In this document: piece after piece, positions 27,807 to 38,130 of the stretch | How the letters are laid out: every line of letters begins with the position of its first letter | How positions within the stretch are numbered: the first letter of the stretch is position 1 | Source of the DNA: an uncultured Bdellovibrionales bacterium | GTDB taxonomy: Bacteria > Patescibacteriota > Minisyncoccia > Moranbacterales > UBA1568 | DNA: 64,000 nt | NCBI GenBank assembly: GCA_964459475.1 | Contig: CAYWLN010000001.1 | Span: 6,137-70,136, forward strand | Reading direction: 5' to 3' | Made by a program: the position numbers and the translations under genes | Notes under the pieces: generated by a model | Told to the model about the DNA's origin: nothing | Database searches by the model: none | What the model saw: only the letters and a program-made list of their open reading frames with translations

Positions 27807-28808
27807 CTAGACTCGGTTCCATTTTACGAACCGAGCGACGTTCATGTCAAACCAAGAGGTCCGAATGACAGGCTCATGAACGTATTTCTCCTTGAGATAG
27901 GCATGGGTCTTTTCCAGCCCAACCTCAAGCGAGGTCATGGGGTAGTACCCAAACTCTTCGCTCGCCCGACTGATGTCAAGCACGATTTTTTGCACGTCAA
28001 AGGGACGCTTTTCCAAGCGCTTCATGCGAGGCATCGACTGGGTCGTTTTGGCGAGCATGAGGACGAGCTCAAAGAGCGCCACACCCCGGCCACTCCCCAC
28101 ATTGTAGGTTGAGTTCTTGTGCTTCTCGGCAAAGTTGTCCGCCATAAAGCCGGTCACATCTTTGACGTAGACATAGTCACGCACCGTGTTGCCATAGAGT
28201 TCAATCAGCTCATTCTTCATCATGTGCTTCATGAAGATCGGGATTGCCCCCTGGATACCATTCGGATCCTGGCGTTCACCGTAGGGATTGGCGATACGGT
28301 AGATGACGAAAGAGAGACCGTACTGACGTCGGTAAAAATGCAGGTGTTCTTCGATGGCGAGCTTGGTCACCGCATAGGGTGACATCGGTCGAGCCTGGGT
28401 CGTTTCACTCGCCACTTCATCGAGGGCATTGCCATAGACCGCACCACCCGAAGACGGATAGATGATTTTCTTGATGTTATGCTTCACGCACAAGTCGAGG
28501 AGCTGGAGGGTACCTTCGAGGTTCAGTTTGATTTCACGCTGCGGGTCATTGGCAGTCGAGGCGGGGGTACTGAGCGACACAAAGTGAAAGACATAGTCCA
28601 TACCCTTGAGGGCTCGGGACAGGTGGCGTTTGTTCAAGAAGTCACCTTTCTGGAATTCAATAATCCCCTTCAAATGGTTGAGGTTCTTGATGCGACCCTT
28701 GTGGAAACGGTCAAAGACGCGCACCTCATACCCGCGGGCGAGGAGGTCGTCGACGAGGTGAGAGCCGAGAAAGCCGTCACCACCAAGTACCACACATTTC
28801 TTTCCCAT
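27807..28808 (-). CDS. NAD-dependent epimerase/dehydratase (GalE-like)
   Basis: GGDGFLGSH, SSGGAVYG, YAVTK (YxxxK), RDYVYV. Confidence 0.93.
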   Translation of the reverse strand: MGKKCVVLGGDGFLGSHLVDDLLARGYEVRVFDRFHKGRIKNLNHLKGIIEFQKGDFLNKRHLSRALKGMDYVFHFVSLSTPASTANDPQREIKLNLEGTLQLLDLCVKHNIKKIIYPSSGGAVYGNALDEVASETTQARPMSPYAVTKLAIEEHLHFYRRQYGLSFVIYRIANPYGERQDPNGIQGAIPIFMKHMMKNELIELYGNTVRDYVYVKDVTGFMADNFAEKHKNSTYNVGSGRGVALFELVLMLAKTTQSMPRMKRLEKRPFDVQKIVLDISRASEEFGYYPMTSLEVGLEKTHAYLKEKYVHEPVIRTSWFDMNVARFVKWNRV

Positions 28809-28957
28809 AAGAAAAGACCCATTTACTGATAACGGGTCATATTACACTATTTTTGCCATTCTGTCAAGGGGTATCGAATAGCTATTTTTTGGCTCTAATA
28901 AAGGGTATTAACGCCGATTTTACCGGTACTCGCTCGGAAACGAAAAAAGTTTTCGCT

Positions 28958-30187
28958 TCACTCGCTTCGTTTGGTAATAAGGGAAGAATAGAGGCTAGTG
29001 ATGGCCGAGAGGTAGGTCGCCTGGTCAAGCGCCATGACGCTCTCCCGGGCGTTTTTCTGGAGTTCTGGGAGAGATACAGTGTCAAGCGCTCGAATCTTGT
29101 CCGCCAAATCATGGGCATCCCCTGGCGTAAAGAGAAAGCCATTGTACCCGTCCTGTACTCGCTCAGGCAGTGACCCCACACGAGCCGCAATCACCGGCGT
29201 CCCAGAGGCGAGGGTCTCGAGGAGTGCATACGGTGTGTTCTCATACCATTCGGACGGGACGACGACCGCTCGGGCCGGGAGGAGTATCTTTTGCAGATCA
29301 TCCCCATACACCGGTCCCAGGAATTTCACTTTATCGGTGAGCGCCAGTGTAGTAGCGAGAGCCTTCAGTCGTTCTTCTTCTGGCCCAAAGCCGACGATCG
29401 AGAGAGTCTCGCCATCCTCGAGTTCGGCAAACGCCCGGATGAGCGTCCCTATCCCCTTTTCAGCTGAGAGCCGACCGAAATAGAGAAAATTCTTGCCAGG
29501 CTTGTCTGGAAGTGGCTTCGTGAGATCGGGAAGCGGGACGAGTGGCTGTGGGAGGAGTCGGATATCATAAGGGAAGCCCAGACGCTTGTAGGTATCGATG
29601 AGGAATTGGCTGAGCCCGATATAGGCCCCTACTTGGCCATAGGTACCGAGGAGTCGGTGGAGCCACTGTTCGACGACACACACGAGACTCTTGCCATACG
29701 AATCTTTGACACAGCGGTCGACGAGACAGCGGAAGCCTGACGCATGCTCCCAGATCTGACCCCTCACAAAGAGACTGTAATTCGGTGAGGCGAGTTTGTA
29801 GTCACAAAGCGTCATCACGATTGGAACCCCCTTCTTCTTGAGGGCCCAGATGATAGAGGGTGAGAGTTGGTGATAGGTGACAAAGAGATGGGCTACGTCT
29901 GGTTTGTACTCATCGATGAGGGCCTCGAGGTTACGCTTGGCCTCGGGGTTCCAGATGATGTTGCGCGCCACGATGAGCTTGTCCCAGAGTGACAACTGAT
30001 TCGCTTCTTCGTAGTCCACCTGCTTCACAAAGTATCGGCTCCACTCGGTCGACTCATTTTTGGGATGAGCCATGGCAAAAAACGCGACCTCGTGACCCTC
30101 CGCCCGGAGGAGTTTGGCCGTATCAAAATACAAACGCTGAGGACCGGCATACTGGCGATGATATTTGTCGATAAGGAGAACGCGCAT
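28958..30187 (-). CDS. Glycosyltransferase family 4
   Basis: YFGRLSAEKG, PSEWYENTPYALLE. Confidence 0.93.
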   Translation of the reverse strand: MRVLLIDKYHRQYAGPQRLYFDTAKLLRAEGHEVAFFAMAHPKNESTEWSRYFVKQVDYEEANQLSLWDKLIVARNIIWNPEAKRNLEALIDEYKPDVAHLFVTYHQLSPSIIWALKKKGVPIVMTLCDYKLASPNYSLFVRGQIWEHASGFRCLVDRCVKDSYGKSLVCVVEQWLHRLLGTYGQVGAYIGLSQFLIDTYKRLGFPYDIRLLPQPLVPLPDLTKPLPDKPGKNFLYFGRLSAEKGIGTLIRAFAELEDGETLSIVGFGPEEERLKALATTLALTDKVKFLGPVYGDDLQKILLPARAVVVPSEWYENTPYALLETLASGTPVIAARVGSLPERVQDGYNGFLFTPGDAHDLADKIRALDTVSLPELQKNARESVMALDQATYLSAITSLYSSLITKRSE

Positions 30188-30244
30188 ATTTTGACTTTTT
30201 GGCTTAACAATGGCATTATACAATAAAGTATACCCAAAAACAAT

Positions 30245-30904
30245 ATGTCGCTCATCGAAACTATCGCCTATCGTATCTCGGCCTCGAGTCGAGCCAAGAA
30301 GTTCTCGCAGTTCCTCACGCTCATGGCGCCACAGCCCCACGAATCCATCGTGGATGTCGGGGTCAACACCACTGAGTACTCAGATACCGACAACTATCTC
30401 GAAAAGTTTTACCAACATCCCGAAAAAATTACTGCAGTCGGCATAGGAAGCGATACCGAAGTAGCCAGTTTCCGCGCCCGCTATCCGCTCGTCACAACAG
30501 TCGCAGGTGATGGTCGGGCTCTCACCTTTGCCGAGAATAGTTTTGACGTGAGCTACTCAAATGCCGTCATCGAACACGTCGGGAACTTTGACGACCAACG
30601 CCGGTTCCTCGCCGAGCTCTACCGCGTCAGTCGACGGGGCTATCTCACCACTCCCAACCGTCATTTTCCGATCGAGCTCCATACCCGCATCCCGCTCCTT
30701 CACCTCCTCCTCCCTAAGAAGAACTTTGGCCGCTTTGTCACTTGGATCGGTAAGGGTTGGGCAGCTGGCGACTATATGTCTCTCCTCTCCGTATCCGACC
30801 TGCGACAGCTCCTCTCGGACGTCGGTATCACCCACTATACCCTCATCCCCAACCGCTTCTGTGGCCTCGCCATGACTTATACCATCATCTGGCACAAAGA
30901 CTAG
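30245..30904 (+). CDS. Class I SAM-dependent methyltransferase
   Basis: IVDVG, GDGRALTFAENSFD, SNAVIEHVG, TPNRHFPIE. Confidence 0.9.
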   Translation: MSLIETIAYRISASSRAKKFSQFLTLMAPQPHESIVDVGVNTTEYSDTDNYLEKFYQHPEKITAVGIGSDTEVASFRARYPLVTTVAGDGRALTFAENSFDVSYSNAVIEHVGNFDDQRRFLAELYRVSRRGYLTTPNRHFPIELHTRIPLLHLLLPKKNFGRFVTWIGKGWAAGDYMSLLSVSDLRQLLSDVGITHYTLIPNRFCGLAMTYTIIWHKD

Positions 30905-30905
30905 T

Positions 30906-32258
30906 ATGTATTCACTCTCATCGATGAAAATCCTGCTCGGTCTCTCGGCCATCACCACTTTTGGGGCGATGCTCGGACTGGTCATTGGATTCTCACCCCT
31001 CCTCCCTGTGGTAGGAGCGGCCGGCATACTCGCTCTCTTTCTCCTGTTTCGGGCTCCTCTCATGCTCCTCTTTGCTCTTATTGTGGTCCGGATGTCACTC
31101 GACTATTCTTCGCAGTATGTGAGCCTCACGCTGTACCAGATTACCCTCACGCTTTCTCAGCTCCTCGGTGTTGGTATCGCATGTCTCGGATTCCTCATCA
31201 TCATCCTCAAGCGTCAGTATCTCGCTCGCTACCCACTCAACGCGCCCTTTCTCCTCCTCTTTGTCTGGGGCGGTCTCACCCTCTCGTATAGTATCGCTCC
31301 CGGGACCACTCTCTCCGAACTCCTCCGCGTCTTTGATCTCTTTGTCCTCGGCTTTCTCGCTTACGCCACGGTGCGTACGGCCGATGATTTCCGTCACCTC
31401 CTTCAAGCGTTCTTTGTCTCGAGTATTCTCCCTATCGGCTTTGGTCTCTACCAATTTTTCTTTCACATCGGTCTCGCGGATGAGAATGTCTCCATCCTCC
31501 GCATTTTTGGCACCTTTAGTCACCCAAACGTCTATAGTCTCTACCTCTTTGCTCTCGTTGTCTTTGGGACGCTCTACCTCACCCTCTTTGCTCGGACCAT
31601 GTGGCAGCGTCTACTCATCCTCACCCTCCTCGGCCTCTTTACCCTCATGCTCCTCCTCACCTTTGCTCGGGTGGCCTGGATTGCGCTCTTTCTCTTTGTC
31701 TTCTTGATCGCGCTCTTTCGCTATCGCCTGCTCCTCTTTCCACTTTTTCTCTTCCCCTTTGTCCTCTTTGTCTTTTCCCAGAGTTTCCAGGCCCGTGTGA
31801 GCGAGAGTCTCCGGTCTGACCCAGATAGCTCCCTCCTCTGGCGCGTCACGCTCTGGCAAGATGTCACCCGCTACTCGGTCCAAGAAGAACGTGCCCTCCT
31901 CGGGTCCGGTATGGATACCTTTCCTCGCGTCTCGGAGAGTCTCCGGGGTACCTCTCATGGCCCCAATGATCCGCACAATGACTTTGTGAAGTTCTTTATC
32001 GAGGGTGGTGTGGTCGGGGTCGGGGTCCTTGTCCTCTATCTCGGACTCATTGCTCGACTCCTTATCCGTGGTTACCGCATGAGTCGAGCTGGGAGCGGGC
32101 TCCAGATAGCATTTGGCATCATGCTCGTCTTCTTCCTCACCCTCGAAGCCTCGGCCCTCACCGACAATATATTCAAAAACACCCCCGTCCAGTGGCTCTT
32201 CTTCACGGCCCTTGGCGCCCTTCTTGCTCTCTCCGAAAGCAAGAAGAAACTTGAGTAA
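30906..32258 (+). CDS. O-antigen ligase/Wzy_C family protein
   Basis: About 12 TM segments; RIFGTFSHPN, TFAR, PHNDF. Confidence 0.9.
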   Translation: MYSLSSMKILLGLSAITTFGAMLGLVIGFSPLLPVVGAAGILALFLLFRAPLMLLFALIVVRMSLDYSSQYVSLTLYQITLTLSQLLGVGIACLGFLIIILKRQYLARYPLNAPFLLLFVWGGLTLSYSIAPGTTLSELLRVFDLFVLGFLAYATVRTADDFRHLLQAFFVSSILPIGFGLYQFFFHIGLADENVSILRIFGTFSHPNVYSLYLFALVVFGTLYLTLFARTMWQRLLILTLLGLFTLMLLLTFARVAWIALFLFVFLIALFRYRLLLFPLFLFPFVLFVFSQSFQARVSESLRSDPDSSLLWRVTLWQDVTRYSVQEERALLGSGMDTFPRVSESLRGTSHGPNDPHNDFVKFFIEGGVVGVGVLVLYLGLIARLLIRGYRMSRAGSGLQIAFGIMLVFFLTLEASALTDNIFKNTPVQWLFFTALGALLALSESKKKLE

Positions 32259-32374
32259 TAAAATCTATTTTGGATAAAAAAAGAGGAGCCCCAAGCGCAG
32301 TTGCACTTGAAACTCCTGTTGTTGAACCGCATCATTGATGCGGGGCTTGTGGCCTTGCCACCGGCGCCGGAAGC

Positions 32375-33013
32375 CTAGGCGGCGTCCTTGCACGCCTTGG
32401 CGTACTCCTCGGCGTCGTACTTGGCCGTCTCCTCGGAGGTGGCCGGACGCCAGGCACCATTGCCATCGACGTAGTAGACGGAGGCCTGTTGCGACTTGCC
32501 GGAGCAATGGAGCTGCTTGCGCACTTCGGCCGGGTGGGACACCCAGCTGATGTGCTTGCCGCTGTTGTCGCGGAGCTCCGGCGTCATGGCGATCACCTCG
32601 TTGCGGGCATCGGTTGCGACCTGGTGTCGGGCGACCCCCTTGGCGCTCACCGTCGAGCACGACATCTGGCTCCAGCCCTTGCGTCCAACACCGCGCCAGC
32701 AGAGCTTGAAGTTGGCCATGCCGCTGTTGTCGCCAAAGCTCGCGATGCTCGCGGTCTTGGCGGGGTCGCTCGTGTCGGGCTTGGCGGCCTCGACCTTGAG
32801 GCCAGCCGGCGCTGTCTCGTCCGAGAGAACCACCATCTTGAGGCCCGACGTCTTCAGAATCGCCGTTCCGGGCTTGCCCTTGACGTTCTCGATGACGACC
32901 GACGTGTCGCCGTCGCCGACCTGGTTCTCGTTCTTCTGCGAGGTGAACTGAGCCAGCGCCGGGAGGGCTGCGAGTGCCACGAACGTGGCGAAAATCCTGG
33001 AAATGATCTTCAT
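32375..33013 (-). CDS. Hypothetical secreted protein (GC-rich)
   Basis: Signal peptide ending PALA; AGGAG SD; own promoter and terminator. Confidence 0.8.
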   Translation of the reverse strand: MKIISRIFATFVALAALPALAQFTSQKNENQVGDGDTSVVIENVKGKPGTAILKTSGLKMVVLSDETAPAGLKVEAAKPDTSDPAKTASIASFGDNSGMANFKLCWRGVGRKGWSQMSCSTVSAKGVARHQVATDARNEVIAMTPELRDNSGKHISWVSHPAEVRKQLHCSGKSQQASVYYVDGNGAWRPATSEETAKYDAEEYAKACKDAA

Positions 33014-33145
33014 GACATGTGCTCCTGCACGGTTGGGAAAGTTGATTGCGTCTGTAAAATCAACTCACCCGAGTTGATAGATTCACAGACGCGAGGAACT
33101 GATGCCTCCAATGTTCACCTCTTGCGAGATATTCACTGAAGGGTT

Positions 33146-33175
33146 CAGTATACACCCAAACGGCTCTTTTGTCAA
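33146..33175 (-). promoter_or_regulatory. Sigma70 promoter with a long structured 5'UTR
   Basis: TTGACA-N17-TATACT about 130 nt upstream of the ATG at 33013. Confidence 0.7.
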
Positions 33176-33446
33176 GAGCAGAATAGGACCGAAAATAAGC
33201 CATGAATCATTATAAAAATGTTCAAGGGCAGTCGGTGTTAACCTCCTGCCCTTGTGTTTGCGACGTTGTCGCTGACTGCTTTACTCTCGTTACCTTCATC
33301 AAACCTCGTCGTGTACGTCGCATGTGCATGTTCTGCACCTTGGCGCGTAACCTTTTTATAGAACGTGAGAATTGCCCAAATGGTTTCTCAGACGCTAGAT
33401 GCTCCTAGGGAGCATCTACTTAGATGTTGAAGGTAGAGAATGTCTA

Positions 33447-35048
33447 TCAGTCTTGCGTTTCGTCGTCGGGCTCGAGCGGGGTCATGACAGCGCCGTTACC
33501 GAGCACAGCCGTCTTCCCGTCACTCACCTGGTCCAGGCGATAACCTTCACGACCGACTTCGACCAACTTGACGCCGTCGCACCACCAGCCGTAACCGGGT
33601 GCTTCGCCACCATGAAGGAGATCAAAGTCGAACCCTATGCCAACACCACAGACCCTGAGGGGGTCCGAGATGCCAAGGCGCAGATTGGCCGTCTGAGAGA
33701 ACGGGAGTTCACTGAAGAACCCTACCCGTGCCCAGAACGTCGCGAACTTCGCGTCGTAGATGTCCTGGTGGACACCGGCTTGAAGCACCACGCTGTGGCG
33801 CTCCAGTTCCGACGCGTCAGTCGGTTGCAAGAAGTTGCTCGCCGTGGCCCGCACTGAGGTCGGGATACCCACGCTGGCGTAGATGCGCGTTTCCGGCATC
33901 CACTTCTTGCCCGCCAAACGATTCGAGTAATCGTTGTAAGCCACCGAAGCGCCCACAAAATCGATTTCCCGTTCGTTGCGGTACTGTGCCTGGCTGAATG
34001 CCTGGTGCATGTGGCCAAAGAGCAGCTTGCCCTCTGCCGTCCAGCCCTTGTCGCTGATCCGCTCAACAGCAGGACCAAAGGCGAGTGATTGACCGTGAGC
34101 CCTTCCGGACCCAAAGTTCACGCGCACATCCCACCATGAGTTCTGGAGGCCGACACCCCACCCCGTGTAGCCGTCCCCAACCCGCTTGATGCAGTACAGG
34201 GCAGCCGTCACAAAGGTTGAGTGAGACACGTTGCCGTTGTCGTTCGGCTCATGCTCTTGTCCGAACACGAGCTTGGGATCAAGGAGGCAACGCCTCTCTG
34301 CAACCACCGTCTTCGGCGGGATCACCATGGTTGGGATGTCCTCATCCTCTTCTTTCGTCACCACGGGAGTTGACGGAGGGGTTTTCGGCGCCGAGGCAGG
34401 GGGAGCAGGCGGAGGAGGAGTCCTGGGCTTCACCGGCGTTGGCCAGGTCACCCAATTCTCGCATTCCCACATCCAGAGAACTGTCCGACCCGAAGGCAGG
34501 ACGAAGCGTTCTCCGAACACAGGACGCGGAACCGAATCCTCGTTCCATGTGGTACGCATCGGACCCAGAGTGACCGCCTTGCCATCCCGGCAAAACGTCA
34601 CCTGTTCGATACGAGTACCCGTCGGAATCAGCACCAAGCCTTCTTCGGCTGTGATGTTCTTCCGCGGGCCACCCTTGGCAACGTGTCGCCGGAGGTATAC
34701 CCTGTCCTCTTCTGAGAGACTGAGGGCACTCCAAGCTTCTTCGTTGATTGCCTCACGCGACTTCTTGCCACAATTGAGAAGCGGGGAACGACCGACGATG
34801 CTGTACGGGATTTCTCCCGCTTGCACGACCGACGCCTTCACTTCTTCAAAGCCGAGGAGCTTGAGTTGCTTCCCGGCCTTGATTTGGCAATGGGGCATGA
34901 GATCATTCAGCTTGCACAGGGCCTTCCAGTCCTGCTTGTGCTGCTTGGCGATGCCAATCATCGTCTGACCTGACTTGATGTCGTGAACCGGATTGGCCCA
35001 CGACCCCGCCACTCCGAAGAGAAGCAGGAGAGAGAGGAGCCACTTCAT
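33447..35048 (-). CDS. Secreted LysM protein with Pro-rich linker and beta-strand-rich C-terminal domain
   Basis: Signal peptide; HDIKSGQTMIGIA...LCKLN...IKAGKQL LysM; PPPPAPP linker; AAGGAG SD. Confidence 0.8.
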   Translation of the reverse strand: MKWLLSLLLLFGVAGSWANPVHDIKSGQTMIGIAKQHKQDWKALCKLNDLMPHCQIKAGKQLKLLGFEEVKASVVQAGEIPYSIVGRSPLLNCGKKSREAINEEAWSALSLSEEDRVYLRRHVAKGGPRKNITAEEGLVLIPTGTRIEQVTFCRDGKAVTLGPMRTTWNEDSVPRPVFGERFVLPSGRTVLWMWECENWVTWPTPVKPRTPPPPAPPASAPKTPPSTPVVTKEEDEDIPTMVIPPKTVVAERRCLLDPKLVFGQEHEPNDNGNVSHSTFVTAALYCIKRVGDGYTGWGVGLQNSWWDVRVNFGSGRAHGQSLAFGPAVERISDKGWTAEGKLLFGHMHQAFSQAQYRNEREIDFVGASVAYNDYSNRLAGKKWMPETRIYASVGIPTSVRATASNFLQPTDASELERHSVVLQAGVHQDIYDAKFATFWARVGFFSELPFSQTANLRLGISDPLRVCGVGIGFDFDLLHGGEAPGYGWWCDGVKLVEVGREGYRLDQVSDGKTAVLGNGAVMTPLEPDDETQD

Positions 35049-35151
35049 GGCGTTACTCCTTGTAAACGATTGAGGAACCGAGGTTGGGCCACGTGAGTAG
35101 CCCAAGTCCTGGCACGAATGCCTAACTTTTTGGCTACTTTCATTTCCTTTC

Positions 35152-36003
35152 CTAGTTACTCTTTTTCGCAAGGCAGTCCTCCTGAGTGGCAACCTGAATG
35201 TTGCGCACCAGAGAGATCGCCACGAATACCGGGATCAAGCCTGGCGAGACCGTGAACGATCCGCAGGAAATGACCCGGTCGGCCACCGAACTGAGGTTAG
35301 TGAACTTGCCCATGATCGTCTTGGCATCTTTGGTACCGGAGTACCAGATGTCATTGACCACCAGGGTTTCGCTGAAGCGCCACTTGAGATACGAAATGAT
35401 CGGATCGGGGCTCTTCAGCGTAAGAACCTGGCGCAGGTCAGAGGGGTGTTCACGGAAAAAGCCCGGGGGCAGTTGCCGCAAATCCTGACCGACTGGCAGT
35501 GTCACCATTTTCTTGCGCCCCGTCATGAGCCACGTGCCGTCAGACGACACGATGACCAGGTGCCCCCGGAGAGCCGAAGCCCGTTCCAGTGGCAGATTGA
35601 CGAAGAACATCCGGTAGTCAGGATGAAAGATTGCATCGAAGAGCTCGAGCAGCCTGCCATCCTCGTTGTAGAGCAAAGCGCGCTCTACTACACGGACCAG
35701 TGGCTTTGACACCACCTTGCCATCGACCTGCTTGGCCGGATAGACGCGCCCTTCATCGACCAGCTCGTTTTCCCACTTGAGAGGGAACGGCTCTGGCAAA
35801 TTGAATGGCGCTACGGCCAGCGTCTCGATGGCACTGACGTTGCCCATCAACGTCACATTGTGCCATGGCTCCTGACGCACTACTTCAGCCGACTTCGGCT
35901 GCACAGTGAATCCAGAACCCTCTTTGATGCTCGCACATCCCGAAAGGACAACGAGAGCAACGGAGGTTACAAGAACCCCCGTCAAACGACGAATACTGTT
36001 CAT
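35152..36003 (-). CDS. Hypothetical lipoprotein
   Basis: Lipobox LSGC; GGAGG SD. Confidence 0.8.
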   Translation of the reverse strand: MNSIRRLTGVLVTSVALVVLSGCASIKEGSGFTVQPKSAEVVRQEPWHNVTLMGNVSAIETLAVAPFNLPEPFPLKWENELVDEGRVYPAKQVDGKVVSKPLVRVVERALLYNEDGRLLELFDAIFHPDYRMFFVNLPLERASALRGHLVIVSSDGTWLMTGRKKMVTLPVGQDLRQLPPGFFREHPSDLRQVLTLKSPDPIISYLKWRFSETLVVNDIWYSGTKDAKTIMGKFTNLSSVADRVISCGSFTVSPGLIPVFVAISLVRNIQVATQEDCLAKKSN

Positions 36004-36196
36004 GTGACCTCCAGAGTGAAATGACATCACGCCTACATCCGACCGGACATAAGCGTTTTAACACTAAACTGATAGACAGATTGTTAAACTACAACATTCG
36101 AATCTATCCTAGGAAGAAAGCAGTGGTGACGATAACGCCGCACCGCTCTCTTCCTAGGAACCAAGAGGGTTGAAGCTCTCAGTCTAGGAGATGGCT

Positions 36197-36859
36197 TTAG
36201 ACCATCGGGTCATTGAAAGGTACATGAGTGCCTCGGACGATCGTGGCACGAGATTCCTCCCGCGCGATCACAAAGAAGGCACTGAGGAGGAAGCCGGCAA
36301 CAAAGGCGAGGAGGACTACCTTGAGAATCTTGGCGACGTTCGGACTCTGTTCGAGGATCGGACCAGAAAGGATACGGATCTCGACACTCTTCTCATCACC
36401 ACTGCGGAAGAGAGAGTTGCGCTCGGTCAGCACCTGGGCGATACCGTCCATGATACGAGCGACATCGCGCTCTCGGTCACCCGAGACGGTCACACTGATG
36501 ATCCCGAGTTCGAGGTTCTTGTTGACGGTGACCATCTTCGACCAGGTGGCGAGACGCTCCTGCTTGTCGAACGGGAGAAATTCTTTGTTCACCTTGCCAG
36601 TCTCGACGAGGGCATCGATAAAGCGGTCACTGTAGACTGCTTCGGAGAGAATCTTGCCGAGATACTCGGACGACTTGAAGAGCGTATAGAAGTCCTGATT
36701 GTTGGCATTCGACTGCACCACGAGGAAATCCATCTTGGTCTGAAACGGCTTCTCGGTCACCATGAGACCAAAGAAAGACAGTGCACCAAAGAGGAGCCCT
36801 ACGATAACGAGGGCACCAAATTTAGAGCGGAGCAGTGCGAAAATGTTCTGATTGCCCAT
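36197..36859 (-). CDS. Wzz/CpsC-like capsular chain-length protein
   Basis: Two TM segments; conserved SPN before the second TM. Confidence 0.75.
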   Translation of the reverse strand: MGNQNIFALLRSKFGALVIVGLLFGALSFFGLMVTEKPFQTKMDFLVVQSNANNQDFYTLFKSSEYLGKILSEAVYSDRFIDALVETGKVNKEFLPFDKQERLATWSKMVTVNKNLELGIISVTVSGDRERDVARIMDGIAQVLTERNSLFRSGDEKSVEIRILSGPILEQSPNVAKILKVVLLAFVAGFLLSAFFVIAREESRATIVRGTHVPFNDPMV

Positions 36860-36935
36860 AGAGTAATATAGTATTTAACGACCTTATATATTACCAAAAA
36901 ATACGAGAAATGTCAATAGCTAGCCGAGATAAAGG

Positions 36936-36961
36936 AAAAACCCCTCATTTGAGGGGTTTTT
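36936..36961. terminator. Terminator downstream of rseP
   Basis: AAAAACCCCTCA-TT-TGAGGGGTTTTT. Confidence 0.8.
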
Positions 36962-36980
36962 GGCGGTTCGGGCAAGAGAA

Positions 36981-38129
36981 TTACGAGAAGAGCCGGGTCA
37001 GCTTGTCGAGGATCTGAAATTGAGCAAAATCACGTACCGTGACGAGGAGCATGAGGACAAGCAGGAGGATAAATCCGACCTGGTGGATCATCCCCTCCAC
37101 GCGATGACTCACTGGACTCCCCTTCAACTTCTCAATCAGGATAAAGAGGATGCGTCCACCATCAAGCGCCGGAATCGGAAGAATGTTGATGATACCGAGG
37201 TTGATGGAGAGGAGCGCGGCAAACTGGAGGAGGTACGGGAGACCGAGATCACTCATCTGCTTTGTCAGGTAGACGATGCCGACTGGGCCAGTGACATCAA
37301 GCGCCGTCTTGGCTCCGCCAAAGAGTGAAGCAATCATCATCCCAAAGGCACCAAGGATAGCGAGCGTGATGTCATAGGTCGCGATAGCTCCCCGATAGAT
37401 AGCCTCGTACCATGGGTACGACACTACTGCGGTCTCGGAAAAAGAAATCCCGAGTGCGCCCTCCGTCGCCGGATACTCGGTACGAGGAGTCCCCGAGAGG
37501 GTGAGGGGCTTGCCAAATCGGTCCACCACCACTGTGATAGTCTGTCCCTTATGGCTACTGATAGCCTGGGTCACCTGATCAAGCGTCGTGATGGCCTCAC
37601 CGTTGATACTCACAATAGCGTCACCCATACTAAGACCCATCGTCTCGGCTGGGGTCCCCTTACCGACGGCGAGGACCTGGATCTTGGCATCAGCGAACTT
37701 ACCATGATCAGCTGGCTCAATGGGCTGAGGCAAACCGAGCATAAAGACGACTGAGATGAGGAACCAGGCAAAGAGAAAGTTCATGAAGACTCCGGCAGCG
37801 AGTACCCGGATCCGGGTCCAAGCGGACTTGCCCGCGAAACTGGTCGGGTCAGTGGTATCGTGTCCATCCTCACCAGCGATTTTCACAAACCCACCGAGAG
37901 GAATCCAGTTGAGCGAATACACCGTCTGCCCACTCGGCATTTCTTTGCTCCCCCACACAAGCTCGTACTTGCCCTCGGCATTCTTGGTCACCCCAAAGAG
38001 TCGGGGCGGGAAACCAAAACCAAATTCGTCCACCCGGATACCATTCCATCTGGCGACCAGGAAATGTCCCAGCTCATGCACAAACACGAGGAGACCGAGG
38101 ATGATGACAAAAATGAGGATAGTGAGCAT
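36981..38129 (-). CDS. rseP: Site-2 protease RseP (M50 with PDZ)
   Basis: HELGH, IPLGGFV, NILPIPALDGG. Confidence 0.96.
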   Translation of the reverse strand: MLTILIFVIILGLLVFVHELGHFLVARWNGIRVDEFGFGFPPRLFGVTKNAEGKYELVWGSKEMPSGQTVYSLNWIPLGGFVKIAGEDGHDTTDPTSFAGKSAWTRIRVLAAGVFMNFLFAWFLISVVFMLGLPQPIEPADHGKFADAKIQVLAVGKGTPAETMGLSMGDAIVSINGEAITTLDQVTQAISSHKGQTITVVVDRFGKPLTLSGTPRTEYPATEGALGISFSETAVVSYPWYEAIYRGAIATYDITLAILGAFGMMIASLFGGAKTALDVTGPVGIVYLTKQMSDLGLPYLLQFAALLSINLGIINILPIPALDGGRILFILIEKLKGSPVSHRVEGMIHQVGFILLLVLMLLVTVRDFAQFQILDKLTRLFS

Positions 38130-38130
38130 A

